From the NCBI GenBank assembly GCA_964353785.1, contig CAYGWK010000002.1, positions 40,293-104,292 on the forward strand: DNA of 64,000 nt, given 5' to 3'. The notes beneath the pieces are model-generated. The model was not told the origin of the DNA, made no database searches, and saw nothing but the letters and a program-made list of their open reading frames with translations. Shown here in pieces: positions 19,184-29,293 of the stretch; the first letter of the stretch is position 1, and each line of letters opens with the position of its first letter. A program made the position numbers and the translations under genes. The stretch is from an uncultured Gammaproteobacteria bacterium. Lineage in GTDB: Bacteria > Patescibacteriota > Microgenomatia > CAYGWK01.

Positions 19184-19437
19184 ACTGGTTTTTGGTAGGC
19201 TTCAAAAGACGCGGCTACGGTTGGATTAGCGCTTCGTAAAAGTTCAAGAACTTTGGTCCTAATATCGGCAGTTTTTACGATGTTATTCACCGCTGTTGTC
19301 TGCGCCCAGGTTTCGGCCTGACTGGTAATACTTTCTGCTTCCGCCTCTGAAGCCCCTGACTTAATAAGCCCATTTTTTATTTTATTTCGGTCAAAAGGTT
19401 CAAGACTACCGTCTTTTTTTTGAGCTTGAAGATTCAT
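19180..19437 (-). CDS. Stand-alone ATP-cone domain protein
   Basis: KKDGSLEPFDRNKI; SD AAGGAGGTGA before ATG at 19437. Confidence 0.8.
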   Translation of the reverse strand: MNLQAQKKDGSLEPFDRNKIKNGLIKSGASEAEAESITSQAETWAQTTAVNNIVKTADIRTKVLELLRSANPTVAASFEAYQKPV

Positions 19438-19477
19438 TTTCTCACCTCCTTTCAATAATTCTTATTTTATCAGATTT

Positions 19478-20710
19478 TTAGAAAATAAAAATGAGAGCAG
19501 AAGAAGGACGAAGAACAATTGGAACAATTGGGAAATAGGAAAAAGGTTTTTCAAAAAGTTTTTCACCAGTTGGTGTCCAAATTTGATGACAGCCCGGTTT
19601 TGGGGGAACTACAATTTTCTCCTTTCCTTCATTCCAAACAAAACAAGCTGAAGGTCGTCCTTGATTAGAAACATTGACTTCAACTAAGCCCAACGGTTTT
19701 TTAACCAAGTCTATTTCGCCTACAAGTAATCGCTGGCATAACAAAAAAGCAAAAAGTCCTGGTTTGGACTTAAATTCTTTGAGAGTTGAGAAAGATAAAG
19801 CATTTTCATTATTAGGTCCGGCATAGGCACAATACCAAGCAGATAACTCAATTTTCCCCTGTTTTTCCAAATAAGCGGCAGTGGCTAAATTTTGAATCAC
19901 CAGGCGAGCCTGTTGGTCTTGGGTAAGATGAGCACCAATTGGTTTGCCTAATTCAGAAATCACTACCGGTAGGCGGGAAAGACCATATTGATTAAGAATT
20001 TGCTGATAAAGACTAACTCTCTCTTCGATTTTTTCACTGGTATCATAAAGGTTAAAAGCCAAGCCATCAATTTTGCCTTTCATTTCTTCTTTGCTTAAAA
20101 ATTCTTGCAAAGCCTCCCCTTTACCATAATAAGCCTCCTGCCAAGGAAAAACTAAACTTTGGGAGCTGGTGGTTTTAATTTTCTCATAAGCAACAAGATA
20201 AAGTTCTTTATATTGGTCCAAAGAATTTCTCCAAGGTGAATAGGGAGTATTAATCTCATTACCGATGATAAAAGTCCTGGCTCCTTGAAAATATTCGGCG
20301 ATTTTTTCCATACCTTGTGTCCAAGATTGAGAATCATACTCATCGGGCTTATATGGGATTTCGACCACCAAAACTACCTTTTGTCCCCGTTTTATCGCCT
20401 CTTTAAGACCAGATGCATAGCCGTAAATATCCAACTCTCCCTTTTGAATGTCTCGATAAGGAACCGTCATCACCAAAGATTCTTGGGGATGATGAAAACC
20501 AATGCTTTGACCCACAAATCTATCGGGAATGCAAGAGAGATTGACGGCCGTTATTTTAGGGTTGATTTGAGGATAGCATCCAAGAATCTCTTCAAAAGGA
20601 AGGGTTTTTGGTTGAGATTCTTCGGGAAAGAAGGATTCTACAGGTGGCACAAAAAATGTCGCCGCTAAAGCGCTTAATTTTAAAAATTCTCTTCTGTTAA
20701 TTTCTTTCAT
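19478..20710 (-). CDS. Glycoside hydrolase clan A-like protein with RR signal-like N-terminus
   Basis: NRREFLK; IGNEIN and VISELG putative catalytic Glu motifs. Confidence 0.6.
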   Translation of the reverse strand: MKEINRREFLKLSALAATFFVPPVESFFPEESQPKTLPFEEILGCYPQINPKITAVNLSCIPDRFVGQSIGFHHPQESLVMTVPYRDIQKGELDIYGYASGLKEAIKRGQKVVLVVEIPYKPDEYDSQSWTQGMEKIAEYFQGARTFIIGNEINTPYSPWRNSLDQYKELYLVAYEKIKTTSSQSLVFPWQEAYYGKGEALQEFLSKEEMKGKIDGLAFNLYDTSEKIEERVSLYQQILNQYGLSRLPVVISELGKPIGAHLTQDQQARLVIQNLATAAYLEKQGKIELSAWYCAYAGPNNENALSFSTLKEFKSKPGLFAFLLCQRLLVGEIDLVKKPLGLVEVNVSNQGRPSACFVWNEGKEKIVVPPKPGCHQIWTPTGEKLFEKPFSYFPIVPIVLRPSSALIFIF

Positions 20711-20795
20711 AGCTGGCGGGCAGATGGAACATATTTTATCATATTATAGGGACTGGGGCTTGACATTGGTGAAAAAGGGGATATAATTTCTTTTA

Positions 20796-21233
20796 ATGAA
20801 GAAAATTGGAATCGGATTGGTAATTGCAATCTTGCTGATTTTCATAAATCCAGTTCGAGCAAATGCTCTCGACCTCAGTCCATATCTTAAATTCAAAATT
20901 CCTGCTGGTCTTTTAACAACAACTCCCACCCCAACACCGACACCGACTCCTACTCCAACTGTTGGACCAACTCTGACGCCAACACTTAGCCCAACTCCGA
21001 CCGTGGCAGAAGAAGAGACAACTGAAGAAGAGGTGACGGCTGAAGAGGAGGCAGTTGAAGAGGAAATTACTCCAACTCCTACTCCCGCCCCAGTCGTTTC
21101 TCAAAATATTTGGCAATTGGCGACGATTGGTTTGGCCGCTGCCATTATCGGTGGAATAATCGTTTTTCTCCTGGCAGGTAAGAAAAAAGAAAAGAAAGAA
21201 GAAAAAGAAGAAAAACCTGAAGAGGAAGAATAA
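20796..21233 (+). CDS. Pro/Thr- and Glu-rich surface protein with C-terminal TM
   Basis: Signal peptide, PT repeats, TM plus charged tail; TTGACA..TATAAT upstream. Confidence 0.75.
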   Translation: MKKIGIGLVIAILLIFINPVRANALDLSPYLKFKIPAGLLTTTPTPTPTPTPTPTVGPTLTPTLSPTPTVAEEETTEEEVTAEEEAVEEEITPTPTPAPVVSQNIWQLATIGLAAAIIGGIIVFLLAGKKKEKKEEKEEKPEEEE

Positions 21234-21234
21234 A

Positions 21235-22122
21235 TTACTTCTTCCTTCTCTCCTCAATCTGGCTCCAGAGAACTAACAAAGGTGCGGCGGTAAAGGTAGA
21301 AGAATAAGTTCCGGAAATGGTGCCAATTAAAAGGGCGGCCACAAACCATTTGATTGTCGTTCCTCCCAAAAGCAAAAGGGCAATTAACATAAAAATAATG
21401 GTTAAAGAATTATTCAAAGACCGCGAGAGGGTCTCTGTCACCGCTTTATTGACTAAATCCGAGAAAAGTGTTTGAGGAAATCTTTTTTGCGACTCCCGAA
21501 TTCGGTCATAAACAACGACCGTATCGTGAACCGAGAAAGAAAGAATCGTCAGCATGGCGGTCACAAATAAAGTATCAATCTCAACGCCCAAAAAATGTCC
21601 TAAAAGAGAAAAACTTCCCAATAAAACAAGAGAGTCATGGAACATAGCCAAAATGGCACAAATTCCAAATTTGGCATTTTTAAAAGCCCAGGCAACATAA
21701 CCTAAAATAAATCCGGCCGCCAAGACAATGGCCACTGCCGTTTTTATTAAAAGTTCTCGACCCAAAATCGGACCAACAGTTTCAAATCGAAGTTCTTCTG
21801 GCATCTCGGCAAATTTTTCTGCTAAAGCGGCTTTAATGGTTGAAGCATCATCTTTGGTAATAGGGGCTAAGCGAAAAAGAAAAGTATTTTCACCGGAAGA
21901 TTGAACAGAGCTAACCTGAAAATTAGATTGTTCAACAGTCTCTTTCAATGATTGATGATTAATGGTTGATGATTGATGGCTGAATTTCAGTTCGAGCAGA
22001 GACCCGCCGGTAAAATCAATTGAAGGTCTAAGTCCGAAGAAAACTAAAGAAATTATTCCTGGCACCAAAACTAGGGCGGAGAGCAAAAAATATAACCATT
22101 TAAATTTCATAAAGTTAATCAT
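21235..22122 (-). CDS. secF: Protein translocase SecF
   Basis: IDFTGG, VGPILG, DTVVVYDRIRE. Confidence 0.96.
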   Translation of the reverse strand: MINFMKFKWLYFLLSALVLVPGIISLVFFGLRPSIDFTGGSLLELKFSHQSSTINHQSLKETVEQSNFQVSSVQSSGENTFLFRLAPITKDDASTIKAALAEKFAEMPEELRFETVGPILGRELLIKTAVAIVLAAGFILGYVAWAFKNAKFGICAILAMFHDSLVLLGSFSLLGHFLGVEIDTLFVTAMLTILSFSVHDTVVVYDRIRESQKRFPQTLFSDLVNKAVTETLSRSLNNSLTIIFMLIALLLLGGTTIKWFVAALLIGTISGTYSSTFTAAPLLVLWSQIEERRKK

Positions 22123-23381
22123 GTTGCTATCTCCTTCCCTCGGTAAAACACCCTAAGTAATGTTCTGGTGACAACGATTCCGGTAAAAAGAGAAATAAAT
22201 ATTCCCAAGCCTAAAGTTAGGGCAAAACCCCGAACCATACCCGAGACATTTAAGAAACTAAAATTAAAAGGATTAAACAAAATAAAACAAGTAATTAAAG
22301 TACAAGTATTGGCATCCCGAATTGAATCCCAAGCCCGACCAAATCCAAGTTCCATGGAAACACCCAAGGGCTTGCCACTTCTGATTTCCTCTTTCATTCT
22401 CTCAAAAATCAAAATATTTGCATCAACCGCCATCCCAACTGAAAGAATAAATCCAGCAATACCAGGAAGAGTAAGAGTAACAGGTATGAGTTTATACAAA
22501 GCCAGAGTAATTAACCCATAAATTATCAAAGCTAAATCCGCCAAAATTCCCAACCTCCCATAATAAGCTCCCATAAAAAAGACTACCATTAAAAGTCCAA
22601 CCAAGCCGGCTTTAAGACTTTTTTGAACTGACTCCTGACCCAAAGTGGCGCCAATATTTCGCTGTTCAATAATTTTAATGGGGACAGGGAGGGCTCCGGC
22701 ATTAAGTTTAATTGACAAATCTTTGGCCTCATCAATGGTAAAATCTCCCCTGATGATGGCATCTCCTGAAGTAATCGGCTCTTCAACCACCGGCGAGGAA
22801 ACCATTCTCTGGTCTAGGAAAATCGCTACCAGTTTACCCACATTTCTTGAAGTGATATCAGCAAATTTTTTTCCGCCTTCAGGAGAAAACTCAAGACTAA
22901 CCACTGGCTGTCCAGTATTTTGGTCAAACTGAACCTGAGAACGCTTTAAATCTTTACCAGTTAAGTCAGTTGGGATAAAACCGGCTGAGGGAGTTGCTTC
23001 TTTCTGCTCCCAAAATTCAAGTTGGGCGGTTGAACCAATTAAATCAATGGCTCGGTCGATTTCTTTTATTCCTGGCAACTCGACAATTAAACGATAATCT
23101 TCACCAGTTTTTGAGGTTTGAATTACTGGTTCAGAAACTCCAAAGAAATTAACCCTTCTCTCAATATTATTTTTGGCGGCCTCAATGGCTGACTGGCGGT
23201 CTTCGGCAGGGATACCTTTAACCTCTGCCTGAAAAACCAAATGCGTTCCCCCAGCCAAATCAAGCCCTTGTTTGATGACCAGTTCTCGTTTTAAAAGAGT
23301 TGGTCCAGGAGGAATATCAATAAAAATTGAAGCAATTGTCAAAAAAATAATAAGTAAAAGGAGCAGTCTTTTTTGTTTCAT
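22119..23381 (-). CDS. secD: Protein translocase SecD
   Basis: GLDLAGG, GMAVDANILIFER. Confidence 0.96.
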   Translation of the reverse strand: MKQKRLLLLLIIFLTIASIFIDIPPGPTLLKRELVIKQGLDLAGGTHLVFQAEVKGIPAEDRQSAIEAAKNNIERRVNFFGVSEPVIQTSKTGEDYRLIVELPGIKEIDRAIDLIGSTAQLEFWEQKEATPSAGFIPTDLTGKDLKRSQVQFDQNTGQPVVSLEFSPEGGKKFADITSRNVGKLVAIFLDQRMVSSPVVEEPITSGDAIIRGDFTIDEAKDLSIKLNAGALPVPIKIIEQRNIGATLGQESVQKSLKAGLVGLLMVVFFMGAYYGRLGILADLALIIYGLITLALYKLIPVTLTLPGIAGFILSVGMAVDANILIFERMKEEIRSGKPLGVSMELGFGRAWDSIRDANTCTLITCFILFNPFNFSFLNVSGMVRGFALTLGLGIFISLFTGIVVTRTLLRVFYRGKEIAT

Positions 23382-23575
23382 TTTTTCTGGCGGTGGAGAA
23401 AGTTTTCTGAAAGAGGAAGCTGTTTGGCGCCTTTAAAAATATAAATTATTTTTCCTTTATCTTTCTCAAAGACAGTTTTGACTGGATCGCCAATTCTTAT
23501 CCCTAAATCCTTAACAAATTCTGAAGGAATCGTTAAGGCAGCCGAATTTCCAGTTTTAATTACTTTTTGCGCCAT
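23378..23575 (-). CDS. AbrB/MazE-type DNA-binding protein
   Basis: KVIKTGNSAALTIP. Confidence 0.75.
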   Translation of the reverse strand: MAQKVIKTGNSAALTIPSEFVKDLGIRIGDPVKTVFEKDKGKIIYIFKGAKQLPLSENFLHRQKK

Positions 23576-23578
23576 ATG

Positions 23579-24157
23579 TTAAGAAACAAGGTCTTGCTCC
23601 TCACCAATAATCATTATTTTTGAGGAAGATAAAATTCCAAGTAAAAATGGATCTCTTCTCTCCCGTCGAAAAGAAAATTCTTCGTTGGTCATCACTGTAT
23701 AATTTATTTCCTGGTCTCTTTTTTGCTCTTCGGCTTTAATTAAAGCCGCCAGCTCCGGTAAGACTATTTGGCCAACAACTAGAATATCAACCTCATTTTT
23801 CTCCCTGGGAATTCTTTTAACAAATTTCCCGGAAAAAGAAACAAAAGAAACTTTGCCAATTTTTTCTTTATTTTTTAAAATCTCTCGGCCAAGACCGGTA
23901 GTTTTTGAAATAATGGCTAAAAGCTCATTGTAGAAAAGATAATCTTTTCTAAACCAATAATAGAGTCTGTTTCCTCTTGGTTCTTTTTTGACCATGCCTG
24001 AGGCTTCCATATGAGAAAGCTCACGCCTGACGGCGTTTATTTCCTCGCCTGTTCGGCGGACCAATTCTCGAACATGATACATCTCTCTTGGGTCAGAGAG
24101 AAATGTTTCCAGCAGCTTTACCCTAACCTTCGAAATTAAAAGATCGCGAAGTTCCAT
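23579..24157 (-). CDS. wHTH plus nucleotidyltransferase-like regulator
   Basis: YHVRELVR..INAVRREL HTH; VDILVVG. Confidence 0.7.
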   Translation of the reverse strand: MELRDLLISKVRVKLLETFLSDPREMYHVRELVRRTGEEINAVRRELSHMEASGMVKKEPRGNRLYYWFRKDYLFYNELLAIISKTTGLGREILKNKEKIGKVSFVSFSGKFVKRIPREKNEVDILVVGQIVLPELAALIKAEEQKRDQEINYTVMTNEEFSFRRERRDPFLLGILSSSKIMIIGEEQDLVS

Positions 24158-24175
24158 AAATTTTTTGGGGCAGGA

Positions 24176-25381
24176 TTAGTAACTAACTTCTTGTCCGGTG
24201 GGCAAAACTTCAATCCAAATTTGTCCTCGATTAAGTTTTATTTCTTTCCCTTTTTGGTCTTTAAAAACCATTCTCCCTTCTCGGTCTTTCTTATTCCAGG
24301 TTCCCTCTAAAACTTGACCATCTTGAAAAATAAGTGTCTTCCCCGAACCTTTGGTGCCGTACAGAAGATGAAGGTTTCCTTCATAGCCATCATTGGCTCG
24401 CGATTCTTTCATAAAAGCAATAACAATTACTTTTCCCCGAATTTCCGTCTCATCATTTCTATCTTTCTGAAGTGTTCCTCCATTTATCCTTTTATAATCG
24501 TTGGTGGCCGGATCATATTCCCATTTAACATCATAATCCGAATAGCCTTTCCAAAAAGAAAATGATGGGCTTTTTGTTCCTCTTTCGCCTTCCTTAACAT
24601 CATCCTTAAATTGCCATTTGACAAAATTTTTATCCCAAGAAACTTTATCTTCGTCAACACTGGTTAAATTTCTTTTCTCAGCCATCTCGTATAGTTTGTC
24701 AGTGGTTGAATACATCGTATGCTCGGTAGCTACCGAGTGTCCGAGTCGCTCATAATCACGCCAAAAAGTGGGAAAACCGATTGAAAATTGATTTAAATCA
24801 TTTCCTTTCCTAAGCCATCCATAATCGCCAATTTGGCCCAAAGCATTGGCTTTCCCTGGAGTATTGGCCCCGCCAACATGGACATATAAAGGAAAATCTC
24901 CATATTCTGAAGCAAAGTCAAGAAAATAAGTTCTGGCTGAGCGAATCGGTCCAATTTGGATATCCAAAGCTGAGGCGCCGCAGTAAAAAATGGCTAAAAA
25001 TCGAGTGATTCCTCCTTCGGCCACTGCCTCGTAAACTACATCCGCTCGAGAAATTCCTGATTCTGGGCGGCATTCTTGGTGATTTTCAATCATTACAGTT
25101 AAAGGTCGGCGCTTGCTCCAGATGTCTTTTTCTGCCTTAGTAAACATCTGTCCATTTAAAGGACATTCCTCGGTTTTGGGAGCCGATAAATCAACCCTGA
25201 ATTTACTTTCTCCAGAGGGGAGTGGCGAAACAATCGAGGTAGTAGGGACCTTTAAATAAGAAAAAGTGGCATAAGAAATCCCAGTTGACAGAAGATAAAG
25301 ACCAACTCCGGCTAGTGTCAAAAGTATTATTTTTTTCTTTTCTCCAACTTTTTCCATATCAGTGTTTTTGGGCTTTTCCAA
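24176..25381 (-). CDS. DUF3048 family protein (start may be 25357)
   Basis: VMIEN, EGGITRF, GPIRSAR. Confidence 0.8.
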   Translation of the reverse strand: MEKPKNTDMEKVGEKKKIILLTLAGVGLYLLSTGISYATFSYLKVPTTSIVSPLPSGESKFRVDLSAPKTEECPLNGQMFTKAEKDIWSKRRPLTVMIENHQECRPESGISRADVVYEAVAEGGITRFLAIFYCGASALDIQIGPIRSARTYFLDFASEYGDFPLYVHVGGANTPGKANALGQIGDYGWLRKGNDLNQFSIGFPTFWRDYERLGHSVATEHTMYSTTDKLYEMAEKRNLTSVDEDKVSWDKNFVKWQFKDDVKEGERGTKSPSFSFWKGYSDYDVKWEYDPATNDYKRINGGTLQKDRNDETEIRGKVIVIAFMKESRANDGYEGNLHLLYGTKGSGKTLIFQDGQVLEGTWNKKDREGRMVFKDQKGKEIKLNRGQIWIEVLPTGQEVSY

Positions 25382-25826
25382 TTGCCTCTTTCTCTTCTTT
25401 AGAAAATTCGTAACTCACCGGCTTCCCGCTTTTTACTGGTTTGCTATAAATTCTTGTCTGGTCCCGACTATGCAAACTTGAGATAACAATTCCGTCGTCC
25501 CGACCATCCAAAAGGGCTAAAGCAAAACTGTGACTGCCACCGGTATCAGAAAACGGATTAAATCTTACCAAACCTGTCTTCTGAACATGAAATGTCCCAT
25601 CTTTCTCCAGTCCCTCAATTCTTTTTAAAAGTTTATCAATTCTATCAGTACTTTCTTCTTCCTCTTTTAAAATCTTCTCCAAAATCGAACCCAAGTCTCC
25701 TTTAGTCACTCCAGTGGTCAGTTTTCGATAATGGGAAACTGCCCGAAAAAGAAAAAAAGACAAGGCTCCAAGCCAGATAAAAAGTGCTCCAAACAAAACT
25801 AAGAGAATTTCTTGATTGAGTAACAT
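25359..25826 (-). CDS. DUF4446 family protein
   Basis: GLVRFNPF.DTGG.HSFALALLD, YSKP. Confidence 0.8.
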   Translation of the reverse strand: MLLNQEILLVLFGALFIWLGALSFFLFRAVSHYRKLTTGVTKGDLGSILEKILKEEEESTDRIDKLLKRIEGLEKDGTFHVQKTGLVRFNPFSDTGGSHSFALALLDGRDDGIVISSLHSRDQTRIYSKPVKSGKPVSYEFSKEEKEAIGKAQKH

Positions 25827-25891
25827 TTTACCACATTATTTTATCCCTCTTGCCTGCCTTGTGTCAATATGTTAATATGCGAATACATTCG

Positions 25892-26159
25892 AATGTCTAA
25901 AAAAACTCGCCAGGAAAAAATAATTGCCGACCTGCGGAGGAAACTTCAAACGCAAATGACGCAGGTGAGCAAACCCTCGATAGAACTTCCAGAACCAGAG
26001 AGAAAATTAACTGAACATGTAAAAGTGGAAGGCGCTCAAGTCCCAGAAATTCAGGTCTCTTTAATTAAAAAAGACTTGACAAAAACCCTAATCTTGACAA
26101 TACTTGCAATTAGCCTTGAGCTTGTGCTATACTTCTTAACCAGGGTAGGCAGATTCTAA
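25892..26159 (+). CDS. Small hypothetical protein with C-terminal TM
   Basis: MSKKTRQEKIIADLRR..KDLTKTL. Confidence 0.6.
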
Positions 26160-26215
26160 AAACTACCCAAAACTTTAAAAATTTTCTGCCCAAAGAGAGG
26201 AGGTGACAAAAATTT

Positions 26216-26359
26216 ATGGCAACCATGTACTGTGTTAAGTGCCGCGCCAAGAAAGACGTCGCCAATCCACAGAAGGTGACGATGAAAAATGGCAAGCCGG
26301 CAATGAAAGCCTCTTGTCCAACTTGCGGCACAACCATGTTCAGGATTGGTGCTGCGTAA
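26216..26359 (+). CDS. DUF5679-like 47-aa zinc-ribbon protein (not in ORF track)
   Basis: MATMYCVKCRAKK..MKNGKPAMKASCPTCGTTMFRIG; SD GGAGGTGA. Confidence 0.88.
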   Translation: MATMYCVKCRAKKDVANPQKVTMKNGKPAMKASCPTCGTTMFRIGAA

Positions 26360-26401
26360 ACTGCCTAAAAACACCAACTCTCTTTGGTATCAAAGAGAAC
26401 T

Positions 26402-26434
26402 AAAAACCCCGCTCCATCTAAGGACGGGGTTTTT
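26402..26434. terminator. Bidirectional intrinsic terminator
   Basis: AAAAACCCCG..CGGGGTTTTT between convergent genes. Confidence 0.75.
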
Positions 26435-26446
26435 GTGAACAAGGAA

Positions 26447-27196
26447 TCAATCTAGAAATTTTAAGCCGAGCATTATGCCGATTCCCAAAAGCAAACCGAG
26501 GAGTTGGACCAGAGATTTTTTGAGATTTACTTCTTTATGAAGTTCGGGAATAAGGTCTGAACCGGCAATATAAATAAAGCCGCCGGCGGTAAAAGGAACT
26601 AGATTTTCCGACAATCCAGAAATTCTTGAGCCAAAAATCAAAACAAAGACTGCTCCCAAAATTGCCACCAAACTTGAGCAAAAATTAAAAAGCAAGGCTT
26701 TTTCTTTTGAAAATCCTCCATGAACCAAAACTCCAAAATCACCAATCTCTTGAGGAATCTCATGAGCAATCACCGCCAGCGAAGTTGCCATCCCTAAAGG
26801 AAAACTTATCAAAAAACTTCCGGCGACAATGGCTCCATCAATAAAGTTATGAAGACCATCGCCTACCAAATTCATAAAAACAACTGGATGAGGATGGTCT
26901 TTTGAGGTTGGTACATGGCAGTGTCGCCAGGCGATAAATTTTTCCAAAACAAAAAATAACAAGACTCCAGTTAAAACTACCAAACCCGCTCCAAGACCAA
27001 ACCCTTGATTTTTGGAAACCTCCGGCAAAAGATGGATAAAAGTATCTCCCAAAAGTCCGCCGCAAGCAAAAGAAACTAAAACCAAAAGGGCTTTTTCTGT
27101 CTTTTCCTTTCCCAAAGCAAGGGTTAAAACACCAACAAAAGAGGCAAGACTGATAATTGCCACCGAGGCAATTGAGTAGAACCAGACTGCAATCAT
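26447..27196 (-). CDS. ZIP family metal transporter
   Basis: GDGLHNFIDG, HEIPQEIGDF. Confidence 0.93.
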   Translation of the reverse strand: MIAVWFYSIASVAIISLASFVGVLTLALGKEKTEKALLVLVSFACGGLLGDTFIHLLPEVSKNQGFGLGAGLVVLTGVLLFFVLEKFIAWRHCHVPTSKDHPHPVVFMNLVGDGLHNFIDGAIVAGSFLISFPLGMATSLAVIAHEIPQEIGDFGVLVHGGFSKEKALLFNFCSSLVAILGAVFVLIFGSRISGLSENLVPFTAGGFIYIAGSDLIPELHKEVNLKKSLVQLLGLLLGIGIMLGLKFLD

Positions 27197-27199
27197 TTT

Positions 27200-27589
27200 T
27201 TAAACTTGTTCTTCTTCTGTAGGCGGCGTGGTCGTACCTCCAGGTATAGGTGTTTCCGCCGGTGGCGTCTCAGCTGCTGACGTTTCAGTTGGTGCTGTTC
27301 CAGTTGGTCCGGCTCCAGTTGTTGGTGGTGTCGGTGCTGCCGGCTCTGAGACTGGCGCTTGCCAGACAGGCATTGTGCTCATGTGTTGGTCAACTTCTAC
27401 TGCTACTTCCTCGCGAGTTTTTCCCGGAGACTGCTGCATCTGGAAATTAATCATTCCTTCTCTAACTTCCTCTTTTGTTTTTAGATTTCCACTCTCGTCA
27501 GTACAATATTTGCAATAAGGATTATCCGGCTTTCCTCCGCCATGATCGGCATCGGTGGCCATCGGTATTCCGCATGATTGGCAGTTCAT
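27200..27589 (-). CDS. Zinc-ribbon protein with Pro/Thr tail
   Basis: CQSCGIPM..YCKYC; SD AAGGGGGTGA. Confidence 0.8.
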   Translation of the reverse strand: MNCQSCGIPMATDADHGGGKPDNPYCKYCTDESGNLKTKEEVREGMINFQMQQSPGKTREEVAVEVDQHMSTMPVWQAPVSEPAAPTPPTTGAGPTGTAPTETSAAETPPAETPIPGGTTTPPTEEEQV

Positions 27590-27609
27590 AATTTTTCACC
27601 CCCTTCTTG

Positions 27610-27678
27610 CCCGCCTAAAATCGCTGCACGAGGCGTGTATGAATAATACTGAAAAGCCGAGTGCTAAGATTAGGCGGG
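27610..27678. repeat. Dispersed structured repeat, copy 2
   Basis: Matches 4527-4596, same orientation. Confidence 0.85.
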
Positions 27679-27704
27679 TCTTATTCCTTCCAGTATAACA
27701 TTTT

Positions 27705-29246
27705 TCAACTTTCCTGTCTTGGTCGATATTGTAAAGCTTCGGCGATATGGCTAGGAGAAGTCTCTTTTTCACCTGCCAAATCAGCAATAGTTCGGGCAAT
27801 TTTAATTATTTTAAAATAACTCCTGGCAGTTAAATTCATCTGAATTGTTGCCTGACGAAGAAGATTTTGACACTCAAGCGAAAGCTTACAGAAGCGTTTA
27901 ACGTCCCGAGTGGTCATTTCTCCATTTGAGACAATTTTTGTTCCCTTAAATCTTTTGGTCTGAACATCTCTGGCTTTCTGAACCCGCTTTTTAATTGTTT
28001 TTGAATTCTCTGTGTCCTCCGTTTCTTTCTGTGTTCTCTGTATTACAAGTTTATCCACCTTCACCGCTGGCACATCCAAATGCAAATCTATGCGGTCAAT
28101 AATTGGTCCGGAAACTCTTTTTTGATATCGTTGAACTTGACCGGGAAGACAGGTGCAGGGTTTTACCGGGTCTCCTAAATATCCACAAGGACAGGGATTT
28201 GAAGCAGCCACCAAAATAAATTTTGCCGGAAAAGTCAAAGTTCCAGCCGCCCGGGAAACAGTCACAATCCCATCCTCCATCGGTTGCCGCAAAGCCTCGA
28301 GAACACTGCGGGGAAATTCGGGAAACTCGTCCAGGAAGAGAACGCCTCGATGGGCTAAAGAAATTTCTCCAGGGGTAGGATGGCTTCCGCCGCCAATCAG
28401 TCCTATCCGGGAAGTGGTGTGATGGGGTGAACGAAAAGGGCGATATTTTATGACCGATTCACCTGGGGGCAGGTTTCCCGTCACTGAATAAATTTTGGTT
28501 ACCTCAAATGCCTCCCTTTCGGTCAAGTCAGGCAAAATCCCAGGGAGGGCTCGGGCCAACATGGTTTTCCCCGCTCCCGGAGGACCCTTCATAAAAACAT
28601 TATGACCACCTGAGGCAGCAATTTCCAAAGCCCGCTTAACATGCTCTTGTCCCCGAACATCAACCATATCAAATTCAACTATAACCTGGGAGGTAATTTT
28701 GGAAAAAGGAGTATGGGGGACAGGTTTTATTTCCTCTCCGCCTTGCAAATGATAAAAAAGTTGCAAAAGAGAAGAAACTGGATAAATTTTAAGACCTTTG
28801 ATAACCGAGGCTTCTTTGCTATTTACTTTTGGTAGAAAAATTCTCTTAAACTTTTTCTCTTTTGCCAAAAGAGCCATGGCCAAAACGCCGTTGGTATGCC
28901 GAAGCGAACCATCTAAAGACAATTCGCCTAAAACTAAAGCGTCTTTTAAGTCTGCTTTAAGTTGTCCAGAAGCGACCAAAATCCCTAAAGCAATGGGCAA
29001 ATCATAAGAAGGACCCATTTTGGGTAAATCTGCCGGCGCCAGGTTAACGGTAATTCTTCTTGGAGGAAAGTCAGCACCAGAATTTTTTAAAGCCGACCTC
29101 ACTCTTTCTTTGGCTTCCTCAACTGCTTTATCCGGAAGACCAACAATAGTGAAGGATGGAAGTCCGGCAGAAGCAATATCAACCTCAACCTCAATAGGAA
29201 CCGACTCCAAACCAACCGTCGCTCCAGAAAAAACCCGGGCAAGCAT
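27705..29246 (-). CDS. comM: YifB/ComM Mg-chelatase-like AAA+ ATPase
   Basis: NLAPAD, GPPGAGKT, SPHHT, NPCPCG. Confidence 0.93.
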   Translation of the reverse strand: MLARVFSGATVGLESVPIEVEVDIASAGLPSFTIVGLPDKAVEEAKERVRSALKNSGADFPPRRITVNLAPADLPKMGPSYDLPIALGILVASGQLKADLKDALVLGELSLDGSLRHTNGVLAMALLAKEKKFKRIFLPKVNSKEASVIKGLKIYPVSSLLQLFYHLQGGEEIKPVPHTPFSKITSQVIVEFDMVDVRGQEHVKRALEIAASGGHNVFMKGPPGAGKTMLARALPGILPDLTEREAFEVTKIYSVTGNLPPGESVIKYRPFRSPHHTTSRIGLIGGGSHPTPGEISLAHRGVLFLDEFPEFPRSVLEALRQPMEDGIVTVSRAAGTLTFPAKFILVAASNPCPCGYLGDPVKPCTCLPGQVQRYQKRVSGPIIDRIDLHLDVPAVKVDKLVIQRTQKETEDTENSKTIKKRVQKARDVQTKRFKGTKIVSNGEMTTRDVKRFCKLSLECQNLLRQATIQMNLTARSYFKIIKIARTIADLAGEKETSPSHIAEALQYRPRQES

Positions 29247-29293
29247 TAGAATCCATTATTCCAGACCTTCCCCGAAATCTCAAGAACTTTATC

